From an uncultured Eubacteriales bacterium (GTDB lineage: Bacteria > Bacillota > Clostridia > Christensenellales > UMGS416), in the NCBI GenBank assembly GCA_900542005.1, contig UQLW01000010.1:6179-70178 (forward strand): 64,000 nt of DNA. The letters are read 5' to 3'. The notes under the pieces are model-generated. The model did not search any database. It saw nothing but the letters and a program-made list of their open reading frames with translations, and was not told the DNA's origin. Below, piece by piece: positions 53,838-62,200 of the stretch. The translations under genes and the position numbers were made by a program. How positions within the stretch are numbered: the stretch's first letter is position 1; each line of letters opens with the position of its first letter.

Positions 53838-54566
53838 ATGGCCCTGTTAACCCTGAACTTTGAAAGCCAGTATCTTATGAATAACCATGAGGTGAGCGTC
53901 ATCCTGCCGGACAAGCCCCGGGGCATGACGCCGGAGGGCTTTTATGGCAGCGGGCGGCGCTATCCGGTGCTATGGCTGCTGCACGGTACCTTCGGCGATC
54001 ACAGCGACTGGATCCGCAAGAGCAATATTGAGCTGTACGCCTGTGAAAACGACCTGATTGTGGTGATGCCCAGTGCCCTGAACAGCGATTACCTGGACTG
54101 GCCGGGCTTTGGGACCGGATACCAGGGATGGGAATATCTGGAGAAGGAGCTGATGCCGCTGGTGCATCATTGGCTTCCCGCCTCCCCACGGCGGGAGGAT
54201 AACTATATCGCCGGGCTGTCCATGGGCGGTATGGGCGCGATCCAGTATGCGGTGGGGCTGCCGGAGCGGTTTGCGGCGGCGGCTGTGCTCAGCTGGGCCC
54301 CGGTTAACCTGCGGGCGCAGCTGGCCCAGGGCCGCCTGCCCGATTCGCCCCGGGAGGCCAACCGCATCGCGGCGGCCGGCAGCGTGGAGAACTACCTCAA
54401 CAGCGCCGTCAACGTATGGGACCGCCTGCCGGGCAGCATCCGGGAGGGGAACCTGCCCCGGTTGTATTTCGCCATGGGCAAGGAGGATTTCCTCTATGAG
54501 AATTTCCAGGCCTTCCGGCAATATGCCGGGGAGATCGGGCTGGATGCAGTGATAGAGTGCATTTGA
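53838..54566 (+). CDS. Putative esterase (esterase D / alpha-beta hydrolase family), possibly 3'-truncated
   Basis: The sequence YPVLWLLHGTFGDHSDW, the nucleophile elbow GLSMGG and the Asp region GKEDFL are present. The ATG at 53838 follows an AGGAGG RBS. No His motif appears before the stop. Confidence 0.7.
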   Translation: MALLTLNFESQYLMNNHEVSVILPDKPRGMTPEGFYGSGRRYPVLWLLHGTFGDHSDWIRKSNIELYACENDLIVVMPSALNSDYLDWPGFGTGYQGWEYLEKELMPLVHHWLPASPRREDNYIAGLSMGGMGAIQYAVGLPERFAAAAVLSWAPVNLRAQLAQGRLPDSPREANRIAAAGSVENYLNSAVNVWDRLPGSIREGNLPRLYFAMGKEDFLYENFQAFRQYAGEIGLDAVIECI

Positions 54567-54631
54567 AAATTCGCTTCGGCGGAGGAAGAAAGAACGGCTG
54601 CCCGGCCGGAAGATGGGAGGATTTTGCGTTT

Positions 54632-55714
54632 ATGAAAAGAATAACGACCGTGTGCGGGGATATTGCTCCGGAGAACCTGGGATTTACGGATATGCATGAA
54701 CATATTATGTTCAATGGCGCGGATATGGGGGCAATCTGCAGACCGGCCATGCCCACGGACCTGCCGGTAAAATATGAGGATAAGGTTTCGCTGGAGAATA
54801 TCGGTTTTTTGAAGAGAAACTTTCCGCTTGTAGCAGATGCCATGGATCTGAACGATGAGGAAGCCATGACCAGGGAGGTACAGGAGTATAAAGATTCCGG
54901 CGGAGATTCCATGGTGGAGCTGAGTGTCCCGGGAATCCGCCTGGATGTAAAGGCAGTGAAGCGTATTTCACAAAAGACAGGAGTCAATGTTATTACAGCA
55001 ACTGGCTATTATGTGGAGTCCTCCTGGTCGGGAAAATATGACGGCTGGAGTATCCGGCAGTTCTACGACCATATGATAGATGAAATAGAAAACGGAATCG
55101 AGGATACACAGATAAAGCCGGGTTGTGTGAAAATTGCACTCAATGATTTTACAGAGGCGGAGGAAAAAGCTCTCCGGGCAGGCGGACAGGCCGCAAAAGA
55201 CACAGGTATGTCCATTACGGTACACCCGGACTATGCCTACGGTGGTACTCCGGGTGAAATTGTGGAGATACTCGTGGAGGAAGGTGTGGATCCGGAGAAG
55301 ATCGTGATCGCCCACATGGAAACAACCGTAAAAAGACCCATGAAGGAAATGGTCCTCTACCCGGAAAAATGGGGACTGGACTTGGATGTGGCAAAAAGGG
55401 TGCTGGATAAAGGAGCAAACTTTTCTGTAGAATTTTTATCCGGTGATATTGGCCTGGAAGCATTGGGGACTGCGCCGATTCCGGATTGGATGAAGATGGC
55501 AGGCATTGTACGCCTCATCCAGCAGGGATACAGCAGTCAGATTGTACTTGGCACGGACATGTGTGTGAAGACCATGTGCAGACAGTTTGGAGGAGAGGGG
55601 TACTGCAGACTGACAAAATTCGGAGTTCCTGCACTGAAGAAATACGGGGAGGTCTCTGATCTGGCTGTCCGTAACATGACTGTAAATAATCCGGCCAGGA
55701 TTCTTGCCTATTAA
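54632..55714 (+). CDS. Phosphotriesterase-related protein (PTE-family amidohydrolase)
   Basis: The N-terminal LGFTDMHEHIMF carries the HxH metal motif, and the layout is a TIM barrel. This is the first gene of the AT-richer block. Confidence 0.8.
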   Translation: MKRITTVCGDIAPENLGFTDMHEHIMFNGADMGAICRPAMPTDLPVKYEDKVSLENIGFLKRNFPLVADAMDLNDEEAMTREVQEYKDSGGDSMVELSVPGIRLDVKAVKRISQKTGVNVITATGYYVESSWSGKYDGWSIRQFYDHMIDEIENGIEDTQIKPGCVKIALNDFTEAEEKALRAGGQAAKDTGMSITVHPDYAYGGTPGEIVEILVEEGVDPEKIVIAHMETTVKRPMKEMVLYPEKWGLDLDVAKRVLDKGANFSVEFLSGDIGLEALGTAPIPDWMKMAGIVRLIQQGYSSQIVLGTDMCVKTMCRQFGGEGYCRLTKFGVPALKKYGEVSDLAVRNMTVNNPARILAY

Positions 55715-56000
55715 ATCAGGGTATTTAAGAATTTTGGGCTGTGAACCAAACAAAAGAATCAGTATCCTGCATAAGAATCAGGAGTACGCTCCCTGCCGGG
55801 ATGGGTATTCCTGGTTTTTTATTTGCTGTAATTTATATAAAGGGGGAACAGCGGGACTCGGATATACAAATAAAATATAATATAAGTATGGTATTGCAAA
55901 ATTAAAAATTGCATTATATACTGATATTAAAGAATAAATACATGATTTTATATTTTTTGTCACATGTTGGTATCCCAAGAGATGTCTCTCCCTGGAAGAG

Positions 56001-56525
56001 ATGATCTGCCTGCCGGATGATGCGGCAGAGTTAAAAGAGTATCTTCCCAGGTATAAAGTACATTTGGTTGATCCCAAGAACACAGACCCGGGTAAATTTC
56101 CCGGTGACTGGAGGCTGATATTGGAAACATTGAGCTGTGGAAACCATAAAAAGGATCTTATACAGTATATTAAAAATCATGAAAGAGAACTGGAGGGTCT
56201 GTCTGCAAAAGCCAGCAGAGCTTTGCTTACAATGCTGGGAAGCGACATGAAACGAAAATATTATAAGGAGGAGATCACTGTGTGCAGAGCATTGGAAGAA
56301 TTAAAAGAGGAAGGAAAGTCAGAAGGAAAAATAGAGGGAAAAAGGGAGGAGGAGGTCAATATTATACGTAAAATGCTGAGAAAGAGACTTACAGTGATAA
56401 CCATCTGTCATTGGCTCGATGTGGAGGAGGAATTTGTTAAAACAGTTGCAGAACTGCAGGATAAATACCCTGATTACAGCAGTTCACAGATTTTGAATGC
56501 ATATGAGTCAGAAAATAAGCATTGA
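56001..56525 (+). pseudogene. 5'-truncated Rpn-family (YhgA-like PD-(D/E)XK) recombination-promoting nuclease / putative transposase remnant
   Basis: Only the C-terminal half is present (ELKEYLPRYKVHLVDPKN... and the EELKEEGKSEGKIEGKREE tail). The nuclease N-domain is absent, and AT-rich non-coding DNA lies upstream. Confidence 0.55.
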
Positions 56526-56567
56526 CAAAGGAATAAAATCTTTTTTATAATAAATCCAGACCAGAGT

Positions 56568-56600
56568 AAAGAATCCGGCATTCCGGATTCTTTCTTTAAA
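56568..56600 (+). terminator. Rho-independent terminator
   Basis: The stem aaagaatccgg/ccggattcttt is followed by cttt. Confidence 0.5.
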
Positions 56601-56608
56601 AGATTGAA

Positions 56609-56624
56609 GTTAGTAAAGACTAAC
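56609..56624. promoter_or_regulatory. Palindromic operator candidate GTTAG-N6-CTAAC (copy 1)
   Basis: The sequence gttagtaaagactaac lies 35 nt upstream of the first DtxR-like gene. Confidence 0.4.
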
Positions 56625-56658
56625 CAAATAAAGAAATACTGGAGAGGTAGAGAAGTGT

Positions 56659-57504
56659 ATGAAAACTGAATGTGTCAAAGATATTTTTCACGGAGAAATC
56701 GGACAAAATTTCCCATCTTCTAAAGGGGAGCGGGAGGAGGATCTCCTTGAAATACTCTACGAATGGCAGAAAAATGGAACCCAACCCACGAGCTCGGAGC
56801 TGTGCAGTAAGCTTGATATGGCAAAGCGGGAGCTGAATTACTATCTAAAGCAGATGGTAAAGCATGGTTATCTCTATAACCTGGATAACAGAGAGAAGCT
56901 TAAACTAACTGAATTTGGAAAATCCCAGGGAGCACAGTGCCGGTTCCGCCATGAACGTCTTGCACAGTTTTTCCAGCTTATCGGAATGGAAGAGAAGCAG
57001 GCAGAGGAGGATGCCTGCCGTATGGAACACGTGCTGAGTGATGAGGCTACAAAGAAAATATGTAATTTTTTGAATTATGGAGACACTTATGATCGTGTCA
57101 TGCGTAATGCCAATCTTTATTCTATGTACAGGGAAGGATGGTATGAGTTTTATATGGGTATCTATTATACAGAGAAGAGATATCCAAGGATTTTGGCAAA
57201 AGAGTTTTTTTTGTTTTCCGATGAGATTGCTTTAAATGTAAAAAGTGCAGAAAGTTATTTTTATCTGAGAAAAAAGGGCGAAGCAGAGATGGACAGTATC
57301 GACAGTATCTGGTACAGGGATGAAGAGGAATGGAAGCAGGCAGAAGAAACGAAAGAAGGTTATCAAATCCCCTCAGATATTTTTATATTTACCGTCTGCA
57401 CGGATGATCCGGTGACAGAAGGGAGCTGTATGATTGCTTTTCCACCCAGGATACAGCCGCCAAAAGAAGAGGATATTCGGGAATTAAATGTACATATCTG
57501 GTAA
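56659..57504 (+). CDS. DtxR-family metalloregulator-like protein with an uncharacterised C-terminal domain
   Basis: A wHTH domain is followed by a dimerisation helix, RFRHERLAQFFQLIGMEEKQAEEDACRMEHVLSDEA. This closely parallels the DtxR segment that carries the Cys-x-x-Glu-His metal ligands. The last 140 aa or so are not SH3/FeoA-like. Confidence 0.75.
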   Translation: MKTECVKDIFHGEIGQNFPSSKGEREEDLLEILYEWQKNGTQPTSSELCSKLDMAKRELNYYLKQMVKHGYLYNLDNREKLKLTEFGKSQGAQCRFRHERLAQFFQLIGMEEKQAEEDACRMEHVLSDEATKKICNFLNYGDTYDRVMRNANLYSMYREGWYEFYMGIYYTEKRYPRILAKEFFLFSDEIALNVKSAESYFYLRKKGEAEMDSIDSIWYRDEEEWKQAEETKEGYQIPSDIFIFTVCTDDPVTEGSCMIAFPPRIQPPKEEDIRELNVHIW

Positions 57505-57516
57505 AGGAGAGAAAAT

Positions 57517-58359
57517 TTGGGAATGGGAAAAGAAGAGCATCTGAATCAGGAAAACCGTCCGAATATACAGCAGCTTCAGTATCTTTTGGAACTGGAGAAA
57601 ATTGACAAAAAAAGAGGGTGCGTCATGCAGATCGCAAAAACCTGCGGGGTCAGCCACAGTCCGGTCAGCCGTTATCTGCAGTTCTGCTGTGAGAAAGGGT
57701 ATTTGACAGAAGATTATGAGTTTACTAAATTAGGAAAAGCGTGGCTTGGGGGGTATAAAAAGCTTATAGAGGAATTAAAGGGCTATTTACTGCGCATAGG
57801 AGAACCGGAAGCGGAAGTTGCTGAGAATGTAAGGAATCTGATAGAAAATGTGAGTTACCATACATTGATGTCAATGATGCGGAATGATCAGGAGATGAGA
57901 CGGATGTATATTGCTGAAAAAAGAGGAGCAGTATCTAAAAATTTTCTGGCCAGTACCTTTGAAAACGGAATGTGGCATGTATGCTTTGCACTTTATAAAA
58001 GGGATTCTGAGGATAAGATCAGTATATCCATGGCAGACAGAGGTTTTCAAAAACCGGCAACCATACGGCATAACAAGAGAGGGAGCTGGCTGGAACTTCG
58101 AGTGTGTGAAATGAGTGCCAGATCACGGGCAGATGGTGAAGAAAAGCTGGGGCATCTGGAAACACTGAAATATGAGTACAAAGGTATGTTGTGTCAGGCA
58201 GAAGTAAAGGAAGATAAGCTGAGAATTCCACTGGACGCATGCCGCTTCCAGAGAAAACGCGAGGGCAGAATCAAAGGCGTGATTCCGGTAACGGTGACCT
58301 GCAATGTAGGCAGAACCCATATGCCGGAGAGTACGGCACTTTTGTTTTTTTGGATGTAA
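57517..58359 (+). CDS. Second DtxR-like wHTH protein, metal-ligand motif not conserved
   Basis: The HTH reads IAKTCGVSHSPVSRYLQFCCEKGYL and a dimerisation-helix-like region follows, but there is no C-x-x-E-H. The track start at 57517 is a TTG, and an alternative ATG lies at 57523. Confidence 0.6.
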   Translation: MGMGKEEHLNQENRPNIQQLQYLLELEKIDKKRGCVMQIAKTCGVSHSPVSRYLQFCCEKGYLTEDYEFTKLGKAWLGGYKKLIEELKGYLLRIGEPEAEVAENVRNLIENVSYHTLMSMMRNDQEMRRMYIAEKRGAVSKNFLASTFENGMWHVCFALYKRDSEDKISISMADRGFQKPATIRHNKRGSWLELRVCEMSARSRADGEEKLGHLETLKYEYKGMLCQAEVKEDKLRIPLDACRFQRKREGRIKGVIPVTVTCNVGRTHMPESTALLFFWM

Positions 58360-58441
58360 CCGGATAGATATAAGAATAATTAAAATTTGAAATTTTTTTA
58401 GAGACGAAAAAGAAACAAAAACACTTGTACTTATAGGGAAA

Positions 58442-58467
58442 AAACCGTGCAGGACGGGAACGGTTTT
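58442..58467 (+). terminator. Terminator candidate after the regulator pair
   Basis: The stem aaccgt/acggtt lies within aaaaaccgtgcaggacgggaacggtttt. It is weak. Confidence 0.35.
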
Positions 58468-58478
58468 AAAAAAATCAG

Positions 58479-58508
58479 TTGACAGTATTTGCCAATATAT
58501 GCTATATA
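58479..58508 (+). promoter_or_regulatory. Sigma-A promoter candidate for the NEAT-like genes
   Basis: The elements are TTGACA (58479-58484), an 18-nt spacer and TATATA (58503-58508). Confidence 0.45.
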
Positions 58509-58518
58509 TTTAGCACGG

Positions 58519-58534
58519 GATAGTTGAAACTAAC
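58519..58534. promoter_or_regulatory. Palindromic operator candidate GATAG-N6-CTAAC (copy 2, one mismatch)
   Basis: The sequence gatagttgaaactaac begins 11 nt downstream of the candidate -10 element. Confidence 0.35.
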
Positions 58535-58603
58535 TATACGATGAAGCTAAAAATCATATGCTTTTGACAGGCGGGCAAGGACTGCTTTTTTTTAAGAATA
58601 AGC

Positions 58604-58619
58604 GTTAGTTTGTACTAAC
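58604..58619. promoter_or_regulatory. Palindromic operator candidate GTTAG-N6-CTAAC (copy 3)
   Basis: The sequence gttagtttgtactaac lies about 70 nt upstream of the small NEAT-like gene. Confidence 0.4.
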
Positions 58620-58691
58620 TATAGCTATCATCGTAAGAACGCCCTAAAATATTAAAGTTTTATAGCCGTTAAGGCAGAAAGGATGGAAGAT

Positions 58692-59183
58692 ATGTTTAAG
58701 AAATTAGTAGCATTTGGTACAGCAGCAACTATGATGATGGCAATGGGGGTTACAACATTTGCGGCTGAAGGGGACAGCACTACACTTGTTACAAAACTGT
58801 ATAAAAATGACAAATTCGATGCAAGTGCACCGGACAGCAATCTGTCTATGGGAGATGCTGCGGTAGAGAATACTACATATGTTGAGCAGGCGGATGGTAC
58901 ATATAAAGTGACTATTAATCTGAAGGAATCATTTAAAGCTTATGGCATGACAGGATATCTCACCAATGTGCAGATAGATGCCAATGGTGATGGACAATAT
59001 GATGCAGAAGAATATAAGCTTACATATAACGAGTCAGGAAAAGCAGTTGTAGGTGTTACTTTTAACTCTCCCACTGTTCCGACAGAAGCGACAAAGTATG
59101 ATGCAAGTTTTAAAACAAATGTTTCAATCATGCCGGCATCCGAAGGTGATTTCATTATTTTCCCCACAGTTGTGACGGAATAA
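58692..59183 (+). CDS. Small secreted single-domain NEAT-like protein
   Basis: The signal peptide is MFKKLVAFGTAATMMMAMGVTTFA. The body (GTYKVTINLKESFKAYGMTGYLTNVQID...) parallels the NEAT-like domain at 63120-63600 of the downstream giant ORF (GFTGYLAKLNYF). I prefer the ATG at 58692 on RBS spacing. Confidence 0.6.
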   Translation: MFKKLVAFGTAATMMMAMGVTTFAAEGDSTTLVTKLYKNDKFDASAPDSNLSMGDAAVENTTYVEQADGTYKVTINLKESFKAYGMTGYLTNVQIDANGDGQYDAEEYKLTYNESGKAVVGVTFNSPTVPTEATKYDASFKTNVSIMPASEGDFIIFPTVVTE

Positions 59184-59204
59184 TATAAAAGAAATTCGCA
59201 GGGG

Positions 59205-59231
59205 GAGGCATACCAGATGTTGGTATGCCTC
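59205..59231 (+). terminator. Intergenic hairpin (partial terminator or attenuator)
   Basis: An 11-bp stem (gaggcatacca pairs with tggtatgcctc) has a 5-nt loop and is followed by tcttactg. Confidence 0.4.
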
Positions 59232-59255
59232 TCTTACTGACGTTGGAGGTAAAGT

Positions 59256-62200
59256 ATGAGGGATGGAATGAAAAGTAAGATCTATAAAATAGTCTGTGCA
59301 ATCATGATGGTTTGTCTATTGATGTCCAATTTGACGAATGCTTCATATGCGGCTTCAAATAATACACCAAATACAAAACAAACTGCTCAGAAATCAAGTT
59401 CCACTTTATTAGATAAGCTTCTGTCCTTACTGGAAGAGGCGGACAGCTTAAAGGAATCAGACTACACGCCGGAGAGCTGGGAGGCATTCAAAGACCAGAG
59501 GGATACCATCACAGAGCCGGAGGAGATTCCGGAGCAGTTCCTTGACACAGTGATAAACACACTGCAGGAAGCCATGGATGGACTTGTGAAACAGGAGAGC
59601 AAGCTGGACAAACTGCTTGCCTTACTGGAAGAGGCGGACAGATTAAAGGAATCAGACTACACCCCGGAGAGCTGGGAGGCGTTCAAAGACCAGAGGGACA
59701 CCATCACAGAGCCGGAGGAGATACCGGAGCAGTTCCTTGACACAGTGATAAACGCACTGCAGGAAGCCATGGATAGACTTGTGAAAAATGAGACTACTTT
59801 AGAGAAACTCATTGCATTGCTGGCAAAAGCAGACAGTCTGGAGGAATCAGAGTATACAAGGGAAAGTTGGAATGCATTCCTTGAGGTGAGGAACAGCATC
59901 ACAGAACCGGAGGAGATTCCGGAGCAATACCAGAAAATGCTTCTGAATTCACTTCAAAAAGCAATGGACAGCTTGGTGAAAAAGGAAGATGACGCAAAGA
60001 ATCACACCCAATTAGAAGACGGATATTATACGGTGCCGCTCACAGAAAATGAGCCGGGTAGGTCTATGAGAAGTGCAAGAGCTTTGATAAAGGCTGAGAA
60101 TAGCAACTACGAAGTCACTTTGCAGTTGGCTAAAGCGACAGTGGATGAGGGCGCGTTCTTAGGGATCATGAAGCAGGAATATTATAATTATGACTTGTCA
60201 GATTACTGTCTGACGGGGACAAAAGGCTGGGCAGATGATTTTGACCTGCAGAATTCCCAGTTTTCACAGGAAATAAAAGATGGAGCGGTAGAAGAAAATA
60301 ATAAATACTGGTTTGACTATACACGGGAAGATAAGGACGAATGGGTATATCTGACATTCCAGGTTGAAAATCTGGACGATCCATTTAATATCACACAACT
60401 TCTAAAACTTGGTGATGGCAAAAGAGTGAGTCGTAGCGATACTGCACTTAATGTACAGACATCTGTGAAAATAAATCTGGATGAATTTCAGGATATTACG
60501 GAAATTGGGTTTAGAGCAGTTTATGCCGCAAGCGGCGCTGATTGCCAAAAATATTTTCTGGATACAACCGCTGAGTGGAATATTGATGGAGATACAGCTA
60601 CAGGCGTTTTTTCACTTAATCTGGATTTGCTGGACGAGGATCAGGCTGTGATCAGGGATGCGGACGGTAATGATATAGATATCAGCACCGGAAAATTAGA
60701 GTTGGTGTATGAATTAAATGATTATAATGATTTTGTTTTCGGAAAGTCGATTGTTATTTACCGGAAATTTGCCGGTGGAGGAATAGGTTTTTATGATACT
60801 TGTATTATCCCTGAGCTTAATGGTGCGTCAACGGTTCAACTAAAAGACGATAAGACAGGAACCCTTCTTGTCACGGATTCTTTTGTATTGCCTGACAGCA
60901 GCCAATTGCTTGCGGAAGAAATCGTAGATGATCCGAATGATAACGTGGACGCCTATTCTCAGATCATGAACAACATATCATATTCTGATATGTATATGTA
61001 TAACTGGAAGATACAGTTCCAGGATGGTAGGGAGACAAGGCGAACCACCAGTACGGTACAGCTTAAATTCAAAATACCGGATAGCTGGAACCTGGACAAT
61101 GTGAAATTAGTCAATGTGGATGAAAACATGATAATATCTCTTGATTTGAAGGGAACCATAGAAAAAACGGACAGCGGAAATTATTTTGTCATTAAAACAC
61201 AAGAGTTGGGTTATTATGCTTTGTATGAAGTGAAGGGCAGCCAGGATGCGGGAGAGATGGAAGATGGTACCTACACGATTCCTCTTTCTATCATGCACCT
61301 GACAAATGAGGGCGCCAATTCCATGGCGAATCAGTGTGTTGACAATAATGCCAGACTGGTTGTCAAGGGAGATGAGAAGATCCTGTACCTGGATTATACA
61401 ACGGTCACCTATCTTGATATGACTTCATACATGACAAAAATGTGGCTTTACGGAGAAGACATGACCATGGTGGGTGCTTATCCCACAGGAACGCTGATAC
61501 CGGTTACTTTTTACTCCTACTACAAGAATCTGGACGGAAGCTTTTTTATGGACTTTGCCAACGAGGGTACTCTCAACTATTATCCTAAATCAGGATATGT
61601 GAAGTTGGTGAGTGATACGGCAAAATGGCCTGCCAGGTTCAAGGTACCTATCATGGATGAAATCGGCGGCGGAGACTTCCCACAGGATGCATGGCTGACT
61701 CTGGATTGGGAAAATGCAGAAAAGATTTCCAATGACACGCCGGATGAACCGGTAAAAGAAGCACTTGGCCAGGCGATCACCATAGCTGAAACAGCGGTGA
61801 GGGAAGAATATACACAGGAAACCTGGGAAGCTCTTGAGACTGCTTATGCCGCAGCCGAAGAAGCATATCAAACGGAAACAGCCGAATCTATGGAACGTGC
61901 ATACACCGCTCTTATGGAAGCTGTCAACAACCTGAAATCCCCAGATGATGTCATTCTGAATCAGGGGTTGTACACAGCATTAGGATCCATAACCGACACA
62001 GATATTGTGACGGATACCAGGATACTTGTGAAAGAGGAAGGCGCGGATATCTCTCTTGGTGTACAGGGAATTCAAAGTTTTCAGTATTATGACCTTGCAG
62101 AAAAACAGTATGTGGATGCTGAAATGGAAAAAACAACAGGTGATGACGGCAAGGAAACAGTTACAGGGGCAGTATTTACACTTGGCACCATGTCAAACTC

